DNA of 64,000 bases, from positions 1 through 64,000 of IMG/VR virus record IMGVR_UViG_3300010347_002008; one strand, 5' to 3'. The notes under the pieces were generated by a model, which saw only the letters and a program-made list of their open reading frames with translations, searched no databases and was not told the DNA's origin. The position numbers and the translations under genes were made by a program. Source of the DNA: a virus. Its lineage: Duplodnaviria > Caudoviricetes. Of this stretch, positions 49,285 to 59,902 are shown in pieces. Every line of letters starts with the position of its first letter. Positions within the stretch are counted from its first letter, which is position 1.

Positions 49285-50094
49285 TTAATATTTAGTATCG
49301 TAAACCCATTTAATTGTCTCCGCATCTAATACGCAAGGCCATATTCGTATTCTCTCCATTGTTCCTCTTGTAAAAAATTGTTCATCCCAATCCTGACAAT
49401 TTATAAATAATCTTTTTGCAATTAAATTACTTTCGTGCACATCTAAAGGCGGCCCCACATCAACATATTTCCATCCCATTGCACCATATGTTTGAGTTTG
49501 AGCCCATAAACTTCCATCAATATAAAGTTTGATATAATTTTCTGTTTTTGTTGACCCATCCCACGTTGCGGTCAACATATGTGGTCCCGTATTATGAAAA
49601 TTAAAACTTGCATCAGCTATAAAATATGGTGTATCATAAGATGTATGTATTTTAGCTCTTGGATGATTTCCTGTATATGTGTCTAAAGTAAATCCTATTT
49701 TTTCCCCTAATGATGTATCACCCCATAAATAACCCATACTATTATTAATATGTGATGTTGTTGTTTGACCTTCTCTAACCCAAATTGAATATGTAAATCC
49801 TTTATTTGCATCAAAACAAGCCATTGTCGATGCGTTTGTCCCTGCAATCCAATAATATCCTGATACATCAACATCAATATAAAGAGATGATGTATCATCT
49901 AAAATAGCACTTTCTCCAAAGACATATTCAATTCCTGTTTCTGTTCGTAAACTTGCTCCTTGATTATTAATTCTTGTATAATCTCCATCTAAATCCCATC
50001 CATAAGCAAGACAAGTTGTATAAAATGAAGAATCAGGAGTAAAAGGAATAATCCTATTTTGTTCCAAAATTCCGTGTCTTAAAAATTGACTCAT
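49285..50094 (-). CDS. LamG/concanavalin A-like lectin domain protein
   Basis: AYGWDLDG, FTYSIWVR, HMLTATWDG, LYIDG, RIRIW. Confidence 0.8.
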   Translation of the reverse strand: MSQFLRHGILEQNRIIPFTPDSSFYTTCLAYGWDLDGDYTRINNQGASLRTETGIEYVFGESAILDDTSSLYIDVDVSGYYWIAGTNASTMACFDANKGFTYSIWVREGQTTTSHINNSMGYLWGDTSLGEKIGFTLDTYTGNHPRAKIHTSYDTPYFIADASFNFHNTGPHMLTATWDGSTKTENYIKLYIDGSLWAQTQTYGAMGWKYVDVGPPLDVHESNLIAKRLFINCQDWDEQFFTRGTMERIRIWPCVLDAETIKWVYDTKY

Positions 50095-50104
50095 TTTCTA
50101 ATAA

Positions 50105-53100
50105 TTATTTAAGATTTCCCCATCCATAGAATACTCCACTTCCTTTATGAACAACTGAAGCACTTGCATATCTGTCTCTTAAAACAACTGAACTATCTGT
50201 CGTTAATAATGTTGACGCATTTAAAGTGATATTTCCACCACCAATATTAACAATTGTTGATTGAAATCCTGTTGCTAAACTATTTGGATATGTTAATGTA
50301 AATGTTCCTGAAGCTTCAATTATAAATCCATTACAAGATGCTTCAACTGTATAAGCTGATGTTTTATAAACAAATCCTGTATTGCTACCTACAGCACCTT
50401 GACTTCCAATAGTTCCTTGTGCTCCTATAGTTCCCTGTGCACCTACTGAACCTTGGCTACCTACAGCACCTTGACTTCCAATAGCACCTTGAACCCCAGA
50501 TGCTCCTTGAATTCCTTGTGCACCTTCAGTTCCTGCAGTTCCTTGAGCGCCTTCAGTTCCAGCAGTTCCTTGTGCTCCTACTTCTCCTTGAGTTCCTTGA
50601 GCACCTTCAGTTCCAGCAGTTCCTTGAGCACCTTCAGCACCTTGAATACCAGCTAAACCTTGAGCACCTGCTTCTCCTTGAGTTCCTTGTGCGCCAACTT
50701 CACCTTGAGTTCCTTGTATTCCTTCTACAGATGATGCAATAAATATTTCATTAGCTGTTTGAGAAACTATAATCCCTGTACTTGCATTTATAGATCTTGC
50801 ATAAAGAATTGGTGCTGTTGTTGCATTAAAAATTTGTGCATCACCAACTTCGTTATAAACAGAAGTGACAGCTTCTCCAACATTTAATTTATTAGCTAAT
50901 GAAGCATCAACATATCCTTTATGAATTAAAGAAAGTTCAGCTAAATCATCAGGAGCTGCTACTGTATATTCTAATTTTTTATCAATATAAGTGGCTCCAG
51001 GTGTGACATTAACTGTATTTACACTTGGTGTTCCACTTGAATATTGAGTGGCTGTTAACGAAATAGAAGCCTGTTCACCACTTTGTTGATCACTACCCTG
51101 AAGATATAAACTACCTACGCCACAATTATCTCCGTCAACCCCTCCTTTTGCATCAAGCAAATACGTTGGTCTCTTGATATAATCAGGCGCTTGATTATAA
51201 ATAGTTTTTGACTCATTTATATAATTTAAATCAGGCTCATCTTCATTAAAGATTTTATTGGCGACGATAAAGTTGTTAGCGTCATCAGTGACAACATTGT
51301 ATTTGTTTAAATATGAAGGGTCATAAACTGTGCTTGGAATCTCAGCATCTAATTTTGTTGAATAAAGATCAACTATTGATGGGTCTTGACCAATATGTGC
51401 AAAACTCGCATCTATTTGTTCTTTTGTATAGAATGAAGCATCTATTTCATCTTTAGTATAGAAATAATCTTCAGCATCAAGTAAAAGAGTACTAATATCT
51501 TGTGTTGAAACATCTAATGAACCTTCATCCCAATAAAAATCTGTTCCAAGACTTGTTTCTTTAACAAATGTATTTTTCGCATATCCTTTTGATATTAATG
51601 CAGATGTATCAGTTGTATTTTCATCAACCCCTTCATAATGTATAGCAGCATTAGCTTCTATCCTCTCATTATTTAATATGAACCAAGGACCATTTGAAGC
51701 ATCTTCATCATTGTAAATTTTAACTCTATTTAAATCATTTGAAATTTCAATTCCGTTTACAAAATAAGTTTCTGCATCATATCCATACATTGATATTGTA
51801 TCACCGTCATTAACAATTTGTGTTACGTGGGTTTCGCCATTATTCCATTTATAAACATCTACTTTATTAGAATACAAATCATCTATTGAAGCATCACGCA
51901 CTGCATTAATAGTCACTGAATATTCAGAATCATCAAAAGTTATTCCATCCCCAGCAATTAAACCTTTAGCAACTGCAGTTGCCTTGTTATCTACAACATC
52001 TAAATATAAAAGACCAACATCTCCTGAACCATTTCCAACTCCAAATAATGCAGTATCGTAAAGATCTTGAATAGATGGGTCTTGACCTGATGGTCCTATT
52101 TCATCAATTCTTGTGCTTAGGTCTAAAGTATAATCATATAAATAAGGTATTGAAGCATCTTGACCAGATGGACCTATTTCATCAATTCTTGTCGAAAGAT
52201 CTAAAGTATAATCATATAAATAAGGTATTGAAGCATCTTGATCAGGACTAAAGTTGTCTATTCTTGTCGAAAGATCTAAAGTATAATCATATAAATAAGG
52301 TATTGAAGCATCTTGACCTGAAGGACCTATTTCATCAATTCTTGTGCTTAAGTCTAAAGTATAATCATAAAGGTTTTCAATAGAAGAATCTATTTCTGAA
52401 TATCTTTCTAAAATATCATCAATAGAGGCATCCCTTGCTAATAAACTTCCATCAATATAATTATAATCCATTGAAGTCACACTTACATCCAAGTAGCCTG
52501 AAGCATCCCAAACAAAGCCTGGGCCTAATGCTGCAGTTCCGGTAATATCTCTTGCAATATCATTTACTTGATATTTAAGAGCAGTAACATCATTCATCAA
52601 TTGGGTTTGTTGTCCTTGAAGAAGAACATATTGTCCAGAGATGTAATTTAAAGTTGAGTTTTGTTGTGTTAAAATACTAACCGCACTTGAAAGATTTTGG
52701 AAAGCAGCTTGCCATTGATCAGCCATTATTTGATCGCTTGTTGCAGCATCAACAACTATGGCACCCGTATCATCAATCATATTGTCGGTCTTAATATTAA
52801 GACGTAATGAATATGATGTTCCGAAACCAGTAGGGCCACTTTGTATTTTTTCAAGAGATGGAAGCAAAATTCCTTCATATCCTTCGACAATTTGAGATGA
52901 ATTTCCAGAAGGAGCATCAAGGAACATAACTCCTAATAAATTTGTTGCTAATATGGCATCTCTTGTAGAGTTATAAATTGAATAATAAATTAATACAGCA
53001 TTAAAATTAAATCTATCATTAACTGCGTGGGTTGTGGCTAAGGTGTCAAATGTTAATGTTGAATCTCCAAATATTGTTCGTAAATTATCAATCCCAAATT

Positions 53101-54067
53101 CGAGATTTATACAATCAACTTTAGACCTTTTAAAATCTATAGTGTTAGGTCCCGTATATCTTAATACAGTATTATAAACCCCTGAATTTATATAATTTGA
53201 AGAGTCTGTTAGATACGCATTTTTTGCAGAAATAGGATCCTTTCCTTCTGCAGAATACCACCATCCTGGGTATGTTCCTGTTGAGTCATCATATTCCATA
53301 TAATATGGTTCAGGACCAACTTGAGTTGATGAATCAACAAAATCATAATAAGCTAAATAACTTAAACCGTCTGGGTGGGGTCTTGTATATGATTCTCGTC
53401 CTAATATATTTTCTCCTAGATCTCCTATTTCCATTCCATGACGATAATTATCATCTTCTACTTGTTTAAAGTATGCTCTCGTCTGTCCATGAGAAGTAGG
53501 AACTAAAACATAAGTTTCATTATAAGTTCCAAATGTATCAACTCTAACATTTCCTGCTGATACTGGTCCAATATATTGTACAACACGGCTATAATCACTT
53601 GAATCTACTTCTTCCGTCCAATAACGTACACCATTTCCAGCAATTGACGGATCTGCCCATCTTATAGCCCCGGTTTCTTTTAACCATTTCCAAAATACAC
53701 GTTCTGAAACTGTATTACTTAATTCAGGATTGTAAGTTTCTTGATTTAATAAATTTGCTTCTAAATTTAAAGCATAGTTTTGAAAAGACTCAGCAATAAG
53801 AACACGACCATCTTTTATAGAAGTTGTTCCTTGCTCATATTCCCAACAACCTACAATATTTCTGATATTAAAAGTATTGAAAATAGTTCCTGTACTTGCC
53901 TCAGCAATGTTTGGTATATTTAAAAGTGCAAAGTGAGAGATCTTAACGACGTTGTTTCGCTCATTAATATTTAGGCCAATGTCCTCAACAGCAGAACTGA
54001 ATGTGTAAATAGTTCCGCCTGTAGCTCTCATTCTCTTCACAAAAGGTGTAACTCGATTATTAGCCAT
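50105..54067 (-). CDS. Tail fibre/baseplate-attached fibre with coiled-coil repeats and collagen-like segment
   Basis: 1320 aa; 26-aa repeats (YLYDYTLDLSTRIDEIGPSGQDASIP); about 38 Gly-x-y triplets near the C-terminus. Confidence 0.75.
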   Translation of the reverse strand: MANNRVTPFVKRMRATGGTIYTFSSAVEDIGLNINERNNVVKISHFALLNIPNIAEASTGTIFNTFNIRNIVGCWEYEQGTTSIKDGRVLIAESFQNYALNLEANLLNQETYNPELSNTVSERVFWKWLKETGAIRWADPSIAGNGVRYWTEEVDSSDYSRVVQYIGPVSAGNVRVDTFGTYNETYVLVPTSHGQTRAYFKQVEDDNYRHGMEIGDLGENILGRESYTRPHPDGLSYLAYYDFVDSSTQVGPEPYYMEYDDSTGTYPGWWYSAEGKDPISAKNAYLTDSSNYINSGVYNTVLRYTGPNTIDFKRSKVDCINLEFGIDNLRTIFGDSTLTFDTLATTHAVNDRFNFNAVLIYYSIYNSTRDAILATNLLGVMFLDAPSGNSSQIVEGYEGILLPSLEKIQSGPTGFGTSYSLRLNIKTDNMIDDTGAIVVDAATSDQIMADQWQAAFQNLSSAVSILTQQNSTLNYISGQYVLLQGQQTQLMNDVTALKYQVNDIARDITGTAALGPGFVWDASGYLDVSVTSMDYNYIDGSLLARDASIDDILERYSEIDSSIENLYDYTLDLSTRIDEIGPSGQDASIPYLYDYTLDLSTRIDNFSPDQDASIPYLYDYTLDLSTRIDEIGPSGQDASIPYLYDYTLDLSTRIDEIGPSGQDPSIQDLYDTALFGVGNGSGDVGLLYLDVVDNKATAVAKGLIAGDGITFDDSEYSVTINAVRDASIDDLYSNKVDVYKWNNGETHVTQIVNDGDTISMYGYDAETYFVNGIEISNDLNRVKIYNDEDASNGPWFILNNERIEANAAIHYEGVDENTTDTSALISKGYAKNTFVKETSLGTDFYWDEGSLDVSTQDISTLLLDAEDYFYTKDEIDASFYTKEQIDASFAHIGQDPSIVDLYSTKLDAEIPSTVYDPSYLNKYNVVTDDANNFIVANKIFNEDEPDLNYINESKTIYNQAPDYIKRPTYLLDAKGGVDGDNCGVGSLYLQGSDQQSGEQASISLTATQYSSGTPSVNTVNVTPGATYIDKKLEYTVAAPDDLAELSLIHKGYVDASLANKLNVGEAVTSVYNEVGDAQIFNATTAPILYARSINASTGIIVSQTANEIFIASSVEGIQGTQGEVGAQGTQGEAGAQGLAGIQGAEGAQGTAGTEGAQGTQGEVGAQGTAGTEGAQGTAGTEGAQGIQGASGVQGAIGSQGAVGSQGSVGAQGTIGAQGTIGSQGAVGSNTGFVYKTSAYTVEASCNGFIIEASGTFTLTYPNSLATGFQSTIVNIGGGNITLNASTLLTTDSSVVLRDRYASASVVHKGSGVFYGWGNLK
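50385..50725 (-). repeat. Collagen-like (GAQGTx)n coding repeat
   Basis: Continuous Gly-x-y with 9/18/27-nt periodicity. Confidence 0.9.
52080..52385 (-). repeat. About four 75-78 bp coding tandem repeats
   Basis: Unit ...cctatttcatcaattcttgtgcttaggtctaaagtataatcatataaataaggtattgaagcatcttgac...; differences mostly synonymous; one unit one codon shorter. Confidence 0.9.
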
Positions 54068-54116
54068 ATTATTATATTAGTTTTTTTATATATTCAATAG
54101 TATCAAAAAGTCACAT

Positions 54117-55436
54117 TTATCCAGCTAATCCAACTTGGCCGACAACAGCATATCTTTTTGACGGAGGTTTACCGTCTGGATATATCAAACTTAAATCAAT
54201 TGTGCCAATAGTATCTTTCCAAGCCGTCTCGATATTTCCCGAAGGATCTCCTTTATAAAAATGTTCCCCATTTAAATCTAAGTTCCACAAAGTGAAATTT
54301 TTAATATTTGTCCAACTAACTGAATCCCATCCTCCAATCCAAGTAGATCCTCTTGAAGATCCCGTTCCTGCATTAACTTTGCTCTGAATAGCTCCATTAA
54401 TATAAAGACTAACATCACCAGCTGCAGATGCTCCGTTATAATAAAAATCTATATGATTTTTTTGATTTGGAAGAAAAATAGGACATTGTTTAACTGTCGA
54501 GCCATAATAATATTGTATAGAGGTGTCAGAAATAAATCTTACTCCCATATTATTAGTTCCTCCTAATACTATCATAACAGAGGTGCCAGTTCCGATGTTT
54601 GTAGAGGTGTCCATATAACAATCAAAGGAAATTCTATAATCTGAAGCAGAAGGAGGTGCTAAGCTAGTATTCGATTTCAAAAATACACTTCCATCAAATT
54701 TTAATAATTGTGTTGGTCCATAATTAATTAAAACAGAAACATCATACGCTGTTGACGAACTAAAAATATTTAATATCTTTGCTATATTGGCATTGGAAGA
54801 ACCGTCTGTGGGTGGAGAGTTTCGATATTTATCGAGCCATATTGCAGTTGTATAATTAGGCAAAACTTGATTCCATCTAGTTGCTAATTTATCAAGTATG
54901 TTATCTACAGTTGTTGTATCTAATGAACAACTTACACAATTAATTTGGAAAAAATGTCGGTTTAATGTTGTTGGGAATATAATAGTCTGCAAATTTTTAT
55001 TTCCATATATTTGTGATGAAATAGGGTTTTTTATCTGCATAAGATCGGGGTTAGTATTAGCATCAAATACTCCACCTAAATTACTTAATGTTGATAGATC
55101 TAATACACCAACTATTTTATCATTATCTATTCCGATTTCTAAAATTCCGACACTTCCAGTTGTAGATCCTTGATAAACTTTTACAGTTTTATTTCCGCTC
55201 AATGAATAAACATGAGTAAATTTATTGGAATTCAATATTGATCCATCACCCAAATCCCACCATAACGTTCCAGATGATGTAGCAACTGAAGGATCAAACG
55301 AAGACCCACCAACATCGTTAGTCACAAATTGCAAAAGCAGAGGACCATAGTCAATAGGAGGAGTATAGTCCAAACAAATTGGAATTTTTCCAATTGATAA
55401 CGGAATTCCCCCTATATGTAATATTGTTTTACTCAT
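54117..55436 (-). CDS. PKD-like + short LRR + LamG-like tail-associated protein
   Basis: WDLGDGS...THVY; LDLSTLSNL; TVDNILDKL; VSLYING...TWIGG...LWNLDLNG. Confidence 0.6.
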   Translation of the reverse strand: MSKTILHIGGIPLSIGKIPICLDYTPPIDYGPLLLQFVTNDVGGSSFDPSVATSSGTLWWDLGDGSILNSNKFTHVYSLSGNKTVKVYQGSTTGSVGILEIGIDNDKIVGVLDLSTLSNLGGVFDANTNPDLMQIKNPISSQIYGNKNLQTIIFPTTLNRHFFQINCVSCSLDTTTVDNILDKLATRWNQVLPNYTTAIWLDKYRNSPPTDGSSNANIAKILNIFSSSTAYDVSVLINYGPTQLLKFDGSVFLKSNTSLAPPSASDYRISFDCYMDTSTNIGTGTSVMIVLGGTNNMGVRFISDTSIQYYYGSTVKQCPIFLPNQKNHIDFYYNGASAAGDVSLYINGAIQSKVNAGTGSSRGSTWIGGWDSVSWTNIKNFTLWNLDLNGEHFYKGDPSGNIETAWKDTIGTIDLSLIYPDGKPPSKRYAVVGQVGLAG

Positions 55437-55453
55437 ATTTTAATCTTCATTTT

Positions 55454-56713
55454 CTAAAAATTAATAAATATTCCTGCTGCGGTACTTCCATCAAAATAAT
55501 GAGTCCAAGAGTTCATATAATCATCACTACGATAAACACCGCCGCCATGAGAAGCAGAAGAATCTGTAACGAAAACATATTTTCCTGACTTAGACATGGC
55601 AACATCATAATATATTGAAGCGGGTAATTCAGTTATTCGACTCCATGTTGCCCCATAATTAATAGATTTATAACAATATCCGACTACATAACCTCCTCCA
55701 CTGCTGCCTCCTCCACCATAAGCAATCATATATTTACCATCAGCCGACATAGCACATCCTCCCCAAAATTGACTATAACCCACATCTTTTAATGTCCATG
55801 TGCTTCCATAATTAGTAGAAAGATTCAAATATGGTTGAGGGGCATTTGATCTATCTGATGAGGGTATTAAAATATATTTACCATCATAAGAAATAGCACC
55901 TACAGCTGGCATTCTTTGAGACACTGTTGTTGAGTTCCATGTTGTCCAATCTGTACTAACATAAACAACTGCATTTCCGCTAGAATGATATTGTTCCCAA
56001 ACTACTATTCGACTTCCATCTCCGGAAACAACCGCACCTCCCATTGGAGATCCTGAAGGAATTTGTGTAAAATTATTCCATGTTATCCCATAATCACTAG
56101 AATATTTAGTCTGCATTATTCCTGTTTCAGACCCTGTACCACCAATGATCATATTTTTTCCTGATTTATCAACATATCCGGCTGTATAACGCATAGATGC
56201 TCCTGATAAATTAACAGAGACATCTTGACCAAAATTTCTTGAAGTAATTACTGTTCCATCTATATAATAAGTACAAGAAGAAGCCATTAAATATTTTCCG
56301 TCTTGAGATCCCCACATAAAAGAGCCGGGGCTTGTTGATCCGGGTGTAAATGGAAGCGAAACATCTCTAGTCCAAGTATTTCCACTATCCTCAGATAATG
56401 CAAGATACACTGTTCCTCTAATGGTTCCGGAATCGTTATATATAGATGCGTTTGTTACAGCATAGAAAATATTGTTTGTAGAAATATTTAAATTATAAGC
56501 GGTAATGGTAGGAAATGTCGCGGGTAACTCAGTATAAGTAATTCCTAAATCTTCTGATTCATATGTTTTTCCCGCAACAGAAACAATAATTTTTTGATTA
56601 GAACCGATCATTAATTTTAATCTTCTGGCATTTTGATTATTACCAGAATCATTCATAATCTTCATTCTATTACTTCCTTTAATACCACCATCCTGTATAA
56701 TTATTCTACTCAT
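55454..56713 (-). CDS. Asp-box (BNR) beta-propeller protein, probable receptor- or glycan-binding
   Basis: Repeated S-x-D/N-x-G-x-T-W (SEDLGITY, SEDSGNTW, SSDYGITW, STNYGSTW, SINYGATW, SDDYMNSW) and A-x-S-x-D-G-K-Y blades. Confidence 0.8.
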   Translation of the reverse strand: MSRIIIQDGGIKGSNRMKIMNDSGNNQNARRLKLMIGSNQKIIVSVAGKTYESEDLGITYTELPATFPTITAYNLNISTNNIFYAVTNASIYNDSGTIRGTVYLALSEDSGNTWTRDVSLPFTPGSTSPGSFMWGSQDGKYLMASSCTYYIDGTVITSRNFGQDVSVNLSGASMRYTAGYVDKSGKNMIIGGTGSETGIMQTKYSSDYGITWNNFTQIPSGSPMGGAVVSGDGSRIVVWEQYHSSGNAVVYVSTDWTTWNSTTVSQRMPAVGAISYDGKYILIPSSDRSNAPQPYLNLSTNYGSTWTLKDVGYSQFWGGCAMSADGKYMIAYGGGGSSGGGYVVGYCYKSINYGATWSRITELPASIYYDVAMSKSGKYVFVTDSSASHGGGVYRSDDYMNSWTHYFDGSTAAGIFINF

Positions 56714-56716
56714 AAA

Positions 56717-58354
56717 TTATTCAAATTTTCCAGATTCAATCCATTTACCACCACTATCTCTTTTTTCAAAAATTAATTTTCCATTTGAGGCATCATCAGC
56801 AATATATAATCGCCAACATCTATTTGTAGCAGGGGCTGATGCAGGATCTCCTATATAGAAATAATTCATAACAGCAATACCCTGAGATCCGTCTAGGGCT
56901 CCTGATCCATTAGCAACGCCGTAAACTTTTAATTGGGTATTTCCATCCAAATTAAATTTATAACCCTGCTCGGTATTACCAGCCGATGCAGTAATATTTT
57001 TTTCAATAAGAGTAGCCACTCCAGCATCTGCTTCTAACTCAATATAATCATAAAATAATACATTTGAGCAAGGATCATCAACTGTAATTTCATTATTAGA
57101 TTCTCTCCATATTCTAGGAACAAATTCCAATCCTGTACATGCATCATTAGCCGCAACTAATTTGCCTGCTTGATACGAACTTGGAGTATCATAAAGTCCA
57201 AGGAATGTTGAAGCATTATTAACAATTGTTCTTAATGTTGTGATAGAAGAATCTTGTGCAGAATTCCATGTATATAGATAATTAAGAGATGCATCTGGAG
57301 CATTACCATATGTTAATTTTTTAGAGGTGGTATCATAATAAACTGTATAGTTTGTTTTAGTATTATCCATTCCTGAAATGAATAGATCGCTAGAAATACT
57401 TACATCTCCTATAACTGTTAATCTTGCTGCTGGATCATGATCCGGAGCGCTTGTATCTCCTAGTACAATATTACCATTGCTTGCACAGTATATAACATAT
57501 TTAGTTCCACCCGCCCTATTATAAAGCATGAAATCGTTTCTTCCATCATTTGTATCATCGGTAACCCAAATCCATGACCAATCCGGGTTGTGTCGACTAG
57601 CAAATTTTAATGATGTGGTTGTTGCTCCAGTTGGGTTTTCATTATAAAGTTGCCATGATTGTTCTCCTGTGCCACTTACTTTAAATACCGGGTTAACTCC
57701 CCCAGGCCCATATACATGAAGATAAGAAGAAGGGTTTGCAGTTCCAATACCTAAATTAAGTCCAGTAAAATATAAACTAGATTCGGCTACAATTGATCCA
57801 TCTCCTGCAGCAGTTAATATTTGATTATTAGATCCAACTACACCATTAAACCATCCAACAGTTCCGCCACCCCCACCGCCTTGAACACTTGGTTCTAAAT
57901 AACCTCCATTCCATTTAAAATAAACATCATTAAAACTGACTTCAGGAATAAAAATATCAGCAACACTTAAAGGTTTAACAGCATGCCATTTACTTGCGTC
58001 GTTAGCAGATGGGTCATATACTAATATATAGCCAGAAGAAATATCAGCACTAATTGAGACATCCAACAAAGCCGAAAGATAAGATGCCCCTCCAACTGAA
58101 AAAACTTCCCATGATGGATCTCCTGTTGCATTATATTGATATATTTGTCGTTGTCCTCCTGCTTCTGCAGAATTAAGAACACAAACTAACATACCATTTT
58201 CTAATCTAGCGGTATAAATCGAGTTTCTAGATACATCAGTTTGTACAGTTTGATAACCTCCTCTCAATTCATTTGCAAACGCAGATGGAAAAGTATCTGT
58301 ATCGGCCCAAGGTCGTATTGCTGCAACAACTAATGTTCCTTGATTGTTTGCCAT
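56717..58354 (-). CDS. Tail fibre-like protein
   Basis: N-terminal ~75 aa shared with 58379-59878; GIGTANPSSYLHV and NGNIVLG...ARLTVIG trimeric fibre-type repeats. Confidence 0.7.
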   Translation of the reverse strand: MANNQGTLVVAAIRPWADTDTFPSAFANELRGGYQTVQTDVSRNSIYTARLENGMLVCVLNSAEAGGQRQIYQYNATGDPSWEVFSVGGASYLSALLDVSISADISSGYILVYDPSANDASKWHAVKPLSVADIFIPEVSFNDVYFKWNGGYLEPSVQGGGGGGTVGWFNGVVGSNNQILTAAGDGSIVAESSLYFTGLNLGIGTANPSSYLHVYGPGGVNPVFKVSGTGEQSWQLYNENPTGATTTSLKFASRHNPDWSWIWVTDDTNDGRNDFMLYNRAGGTKYVIYCASNGNIVLGDTSAPDHDPAARLTVIGDVSISSDLFISGMDNTKTNYTVYYDTTSKKLTYGNAPDASLNYLYTWNSAQDSSITTLRTIVNNASTFLGLYDTPSSYQAGKLVAANDACTGLEFVPRIWRESNNEITVDDPCSNVLFYDYIELEADAGVATLIEKNITASAGNTEQGYKFNLDGNTQLKVYGVANGSGALDGSQGIAVMNYFYIGDPASAPATNRCWRLYIADDASNGKLIFEKRDSGGKWIESGKFE

Positions 58355-58378
58355 ATTAAATAGTTTTTATTTTATTCA

Positions 58379-59878
58379 TTAAGTAACTACAACTGTTATA
58401 TTGGATCCAGACTGTGTGTTAAGGCTTCTATAGGTATAAAAGTTTTCTGTATATGGAACTGCAGTTAAGTTTGTGACTAATAAGGATGATTCTAAGAATG
58501 TCGTAGCAAATCCACCAACAGTAAAGGCCGTTGCTTGTCCAAATCTTGTAGGATAACAATACCAGATATATTCTCCCCCACCATTTGCTATTGTAAATGT
58601 TCTTCCTCTCGCAGTTGCTAAAGCACTTGTATCAAGACCAGTAACATCAGATGATTCACCAAATGAAGTTTGTGGATCTGTGCCCCAATAAGCCTTATTT
58701 TGACCAGTAATAGTATTTGTGGCGCTTGCGCTTCCTGCAACTCTTAAATAATCTAATGATGAAGAAGGAACGCCTTTATTATTATAATAAGTACCTGTTC
58801 CTGCGCCCCAGCTTGCATTTACCGTCCATGTATTTGTTCCAAGAGCAATTGAAACGTCTGTAGGATTATGAGTTTGTGTATTTGATGTAGCCGTATAAAC
58901 ACCATCAACAGTATTTCCAGGAATTCTAAATACAAATTGCAAAGCTGCTCCTGTTAAGCTTCCATCAGTTGTTCCATCACCATTCGTTATTCTACCTGAG
59001 TTATATGTAGCAGTTAATGTTGGACCATATAATGTACCAACTTCTAAGGTTCCACTTATACCACTTAATCCTAAACTGTTTAAAAGTCCTACAGTTGCAT
59101 CTACAGTTGGGAACAATAAATCAGTCCAAATTTCATCATATGTTTTACCCCTTAAACCACCAGCTGACGTATCCTTTGGTATACCTCCTACAGCCACAGG
59201 CATTATAATATTATCAGCTACTGTTGGAGTATATCTTGATGTATCGGTTGTTGATACAAAAATACTTACATCAATTTTACCATCTACCCAATATAAACCA
59301 TATCCAATTGATGATGATTTTACAAATTGATCAAGTCCATAAACAGATCCCAAACTAACTTCAAGAGATCCATTATTCCAAACAAAATCATCACTTAATG
59401 AAGCATTTGGAATAAAAGCTGCTCTAATATATGCTAAAGATGAATCTTGAACAACTTGCCATGCTGATAAATTTCCTAAAGATGTATCAAGTCCTTGATT
59501 CCATACAGTTAAATTTCCTAATGAAGTTTCATGGTTTGAAACCCACGAATTTAAACTACTGATAGAACTATCTCTAAGTTGTAATGATCCATCAACATAA
59601 GCTAATGTTACTCCTCCGGGATTAAATAGCTCCCAAGTTGTTCCATTCAATTGATACATAGTTCTTGCACCTCCATTTGAAGCAGAACTAAGAACATATA
59701 CTAACATACCATCTTCTTTTCTATCAGAATATGTAGTTAGCAATAAGTTTCTTGAAGTGTCATTGGCAACGATATGTAAACCTCCTCGAATTTCATTCGC
59801 AAATGCAGAGGCAAATACGTCGGTATCAGCCCAAGGGCGAATCGCTGCTATAACTAATGTTCCTGAATTATTTGCCAT
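58379..59878 (-). CDS. Tail fibre-like protein sharing domains with both neighbours
   Basis: N-terminus like 56717-58354; short coiled coil; C-terminal VGGIP...GKT...LLFPTV to QSG.NI domain like 59903-61759. Confidence 0.7.
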   Translation of the reverse strand: MANNSGTLVIAAIRPWADTDVFASAFANEIRGGLHIVANDTSRNLLLTTYSDRKEDGMLVYVLSSASNGGARTMYQLNGTTWELFNPGGVTLAYVDGSLQLRDSSISSLNSWVSNHETSLGNLTVWNQGLDTSLGNLSAWQVVQDSSLAYIRAAFIPNASLSDDFVWNNGSLEVSLGSVYGLDQFVKSSSIGYGLYWVDGKIDVSIFVSTTDTSRYTPTVADNIIMPVAVGGIPKDTSAGGLRGKTYDEIWTDLLFPTVDATVGLLNSLGLSGISGTLEVGTLYGPTLTATYNSGRITNGDGTTDGSLTGAALQFVFRIPGNTVDGVYTATSNTQTHNPTDVSIALGTNTWTVNASWGAGTGTYYNNKGVPSSSLDYLRVAGSASATNTITGQNKAYWGTDPQTSFGESSDVTGLDTSALATARGRTFTIANGGGEYIWYCYPTRFGQATAFTVGGFATTFLESSLLVTNLTAVPYTENFYTYRSLNTQSGSNITVVVT

Positions 59879-59902
59879 TTTATATTTTTTATTATTTTAT
59901 TT

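Noticed and set aside
50453-50742. Two plus-strand ORFs with periodic sequences
   Set aside because: Antisense shadows of the collagen-like repeat.
52080-52385. Possible CRISPR array
   Set aside because: Units are contiguous in-frame coding repeats of 75-78 bp with synonymous variation and no unique spacers; no cas genes in the window.
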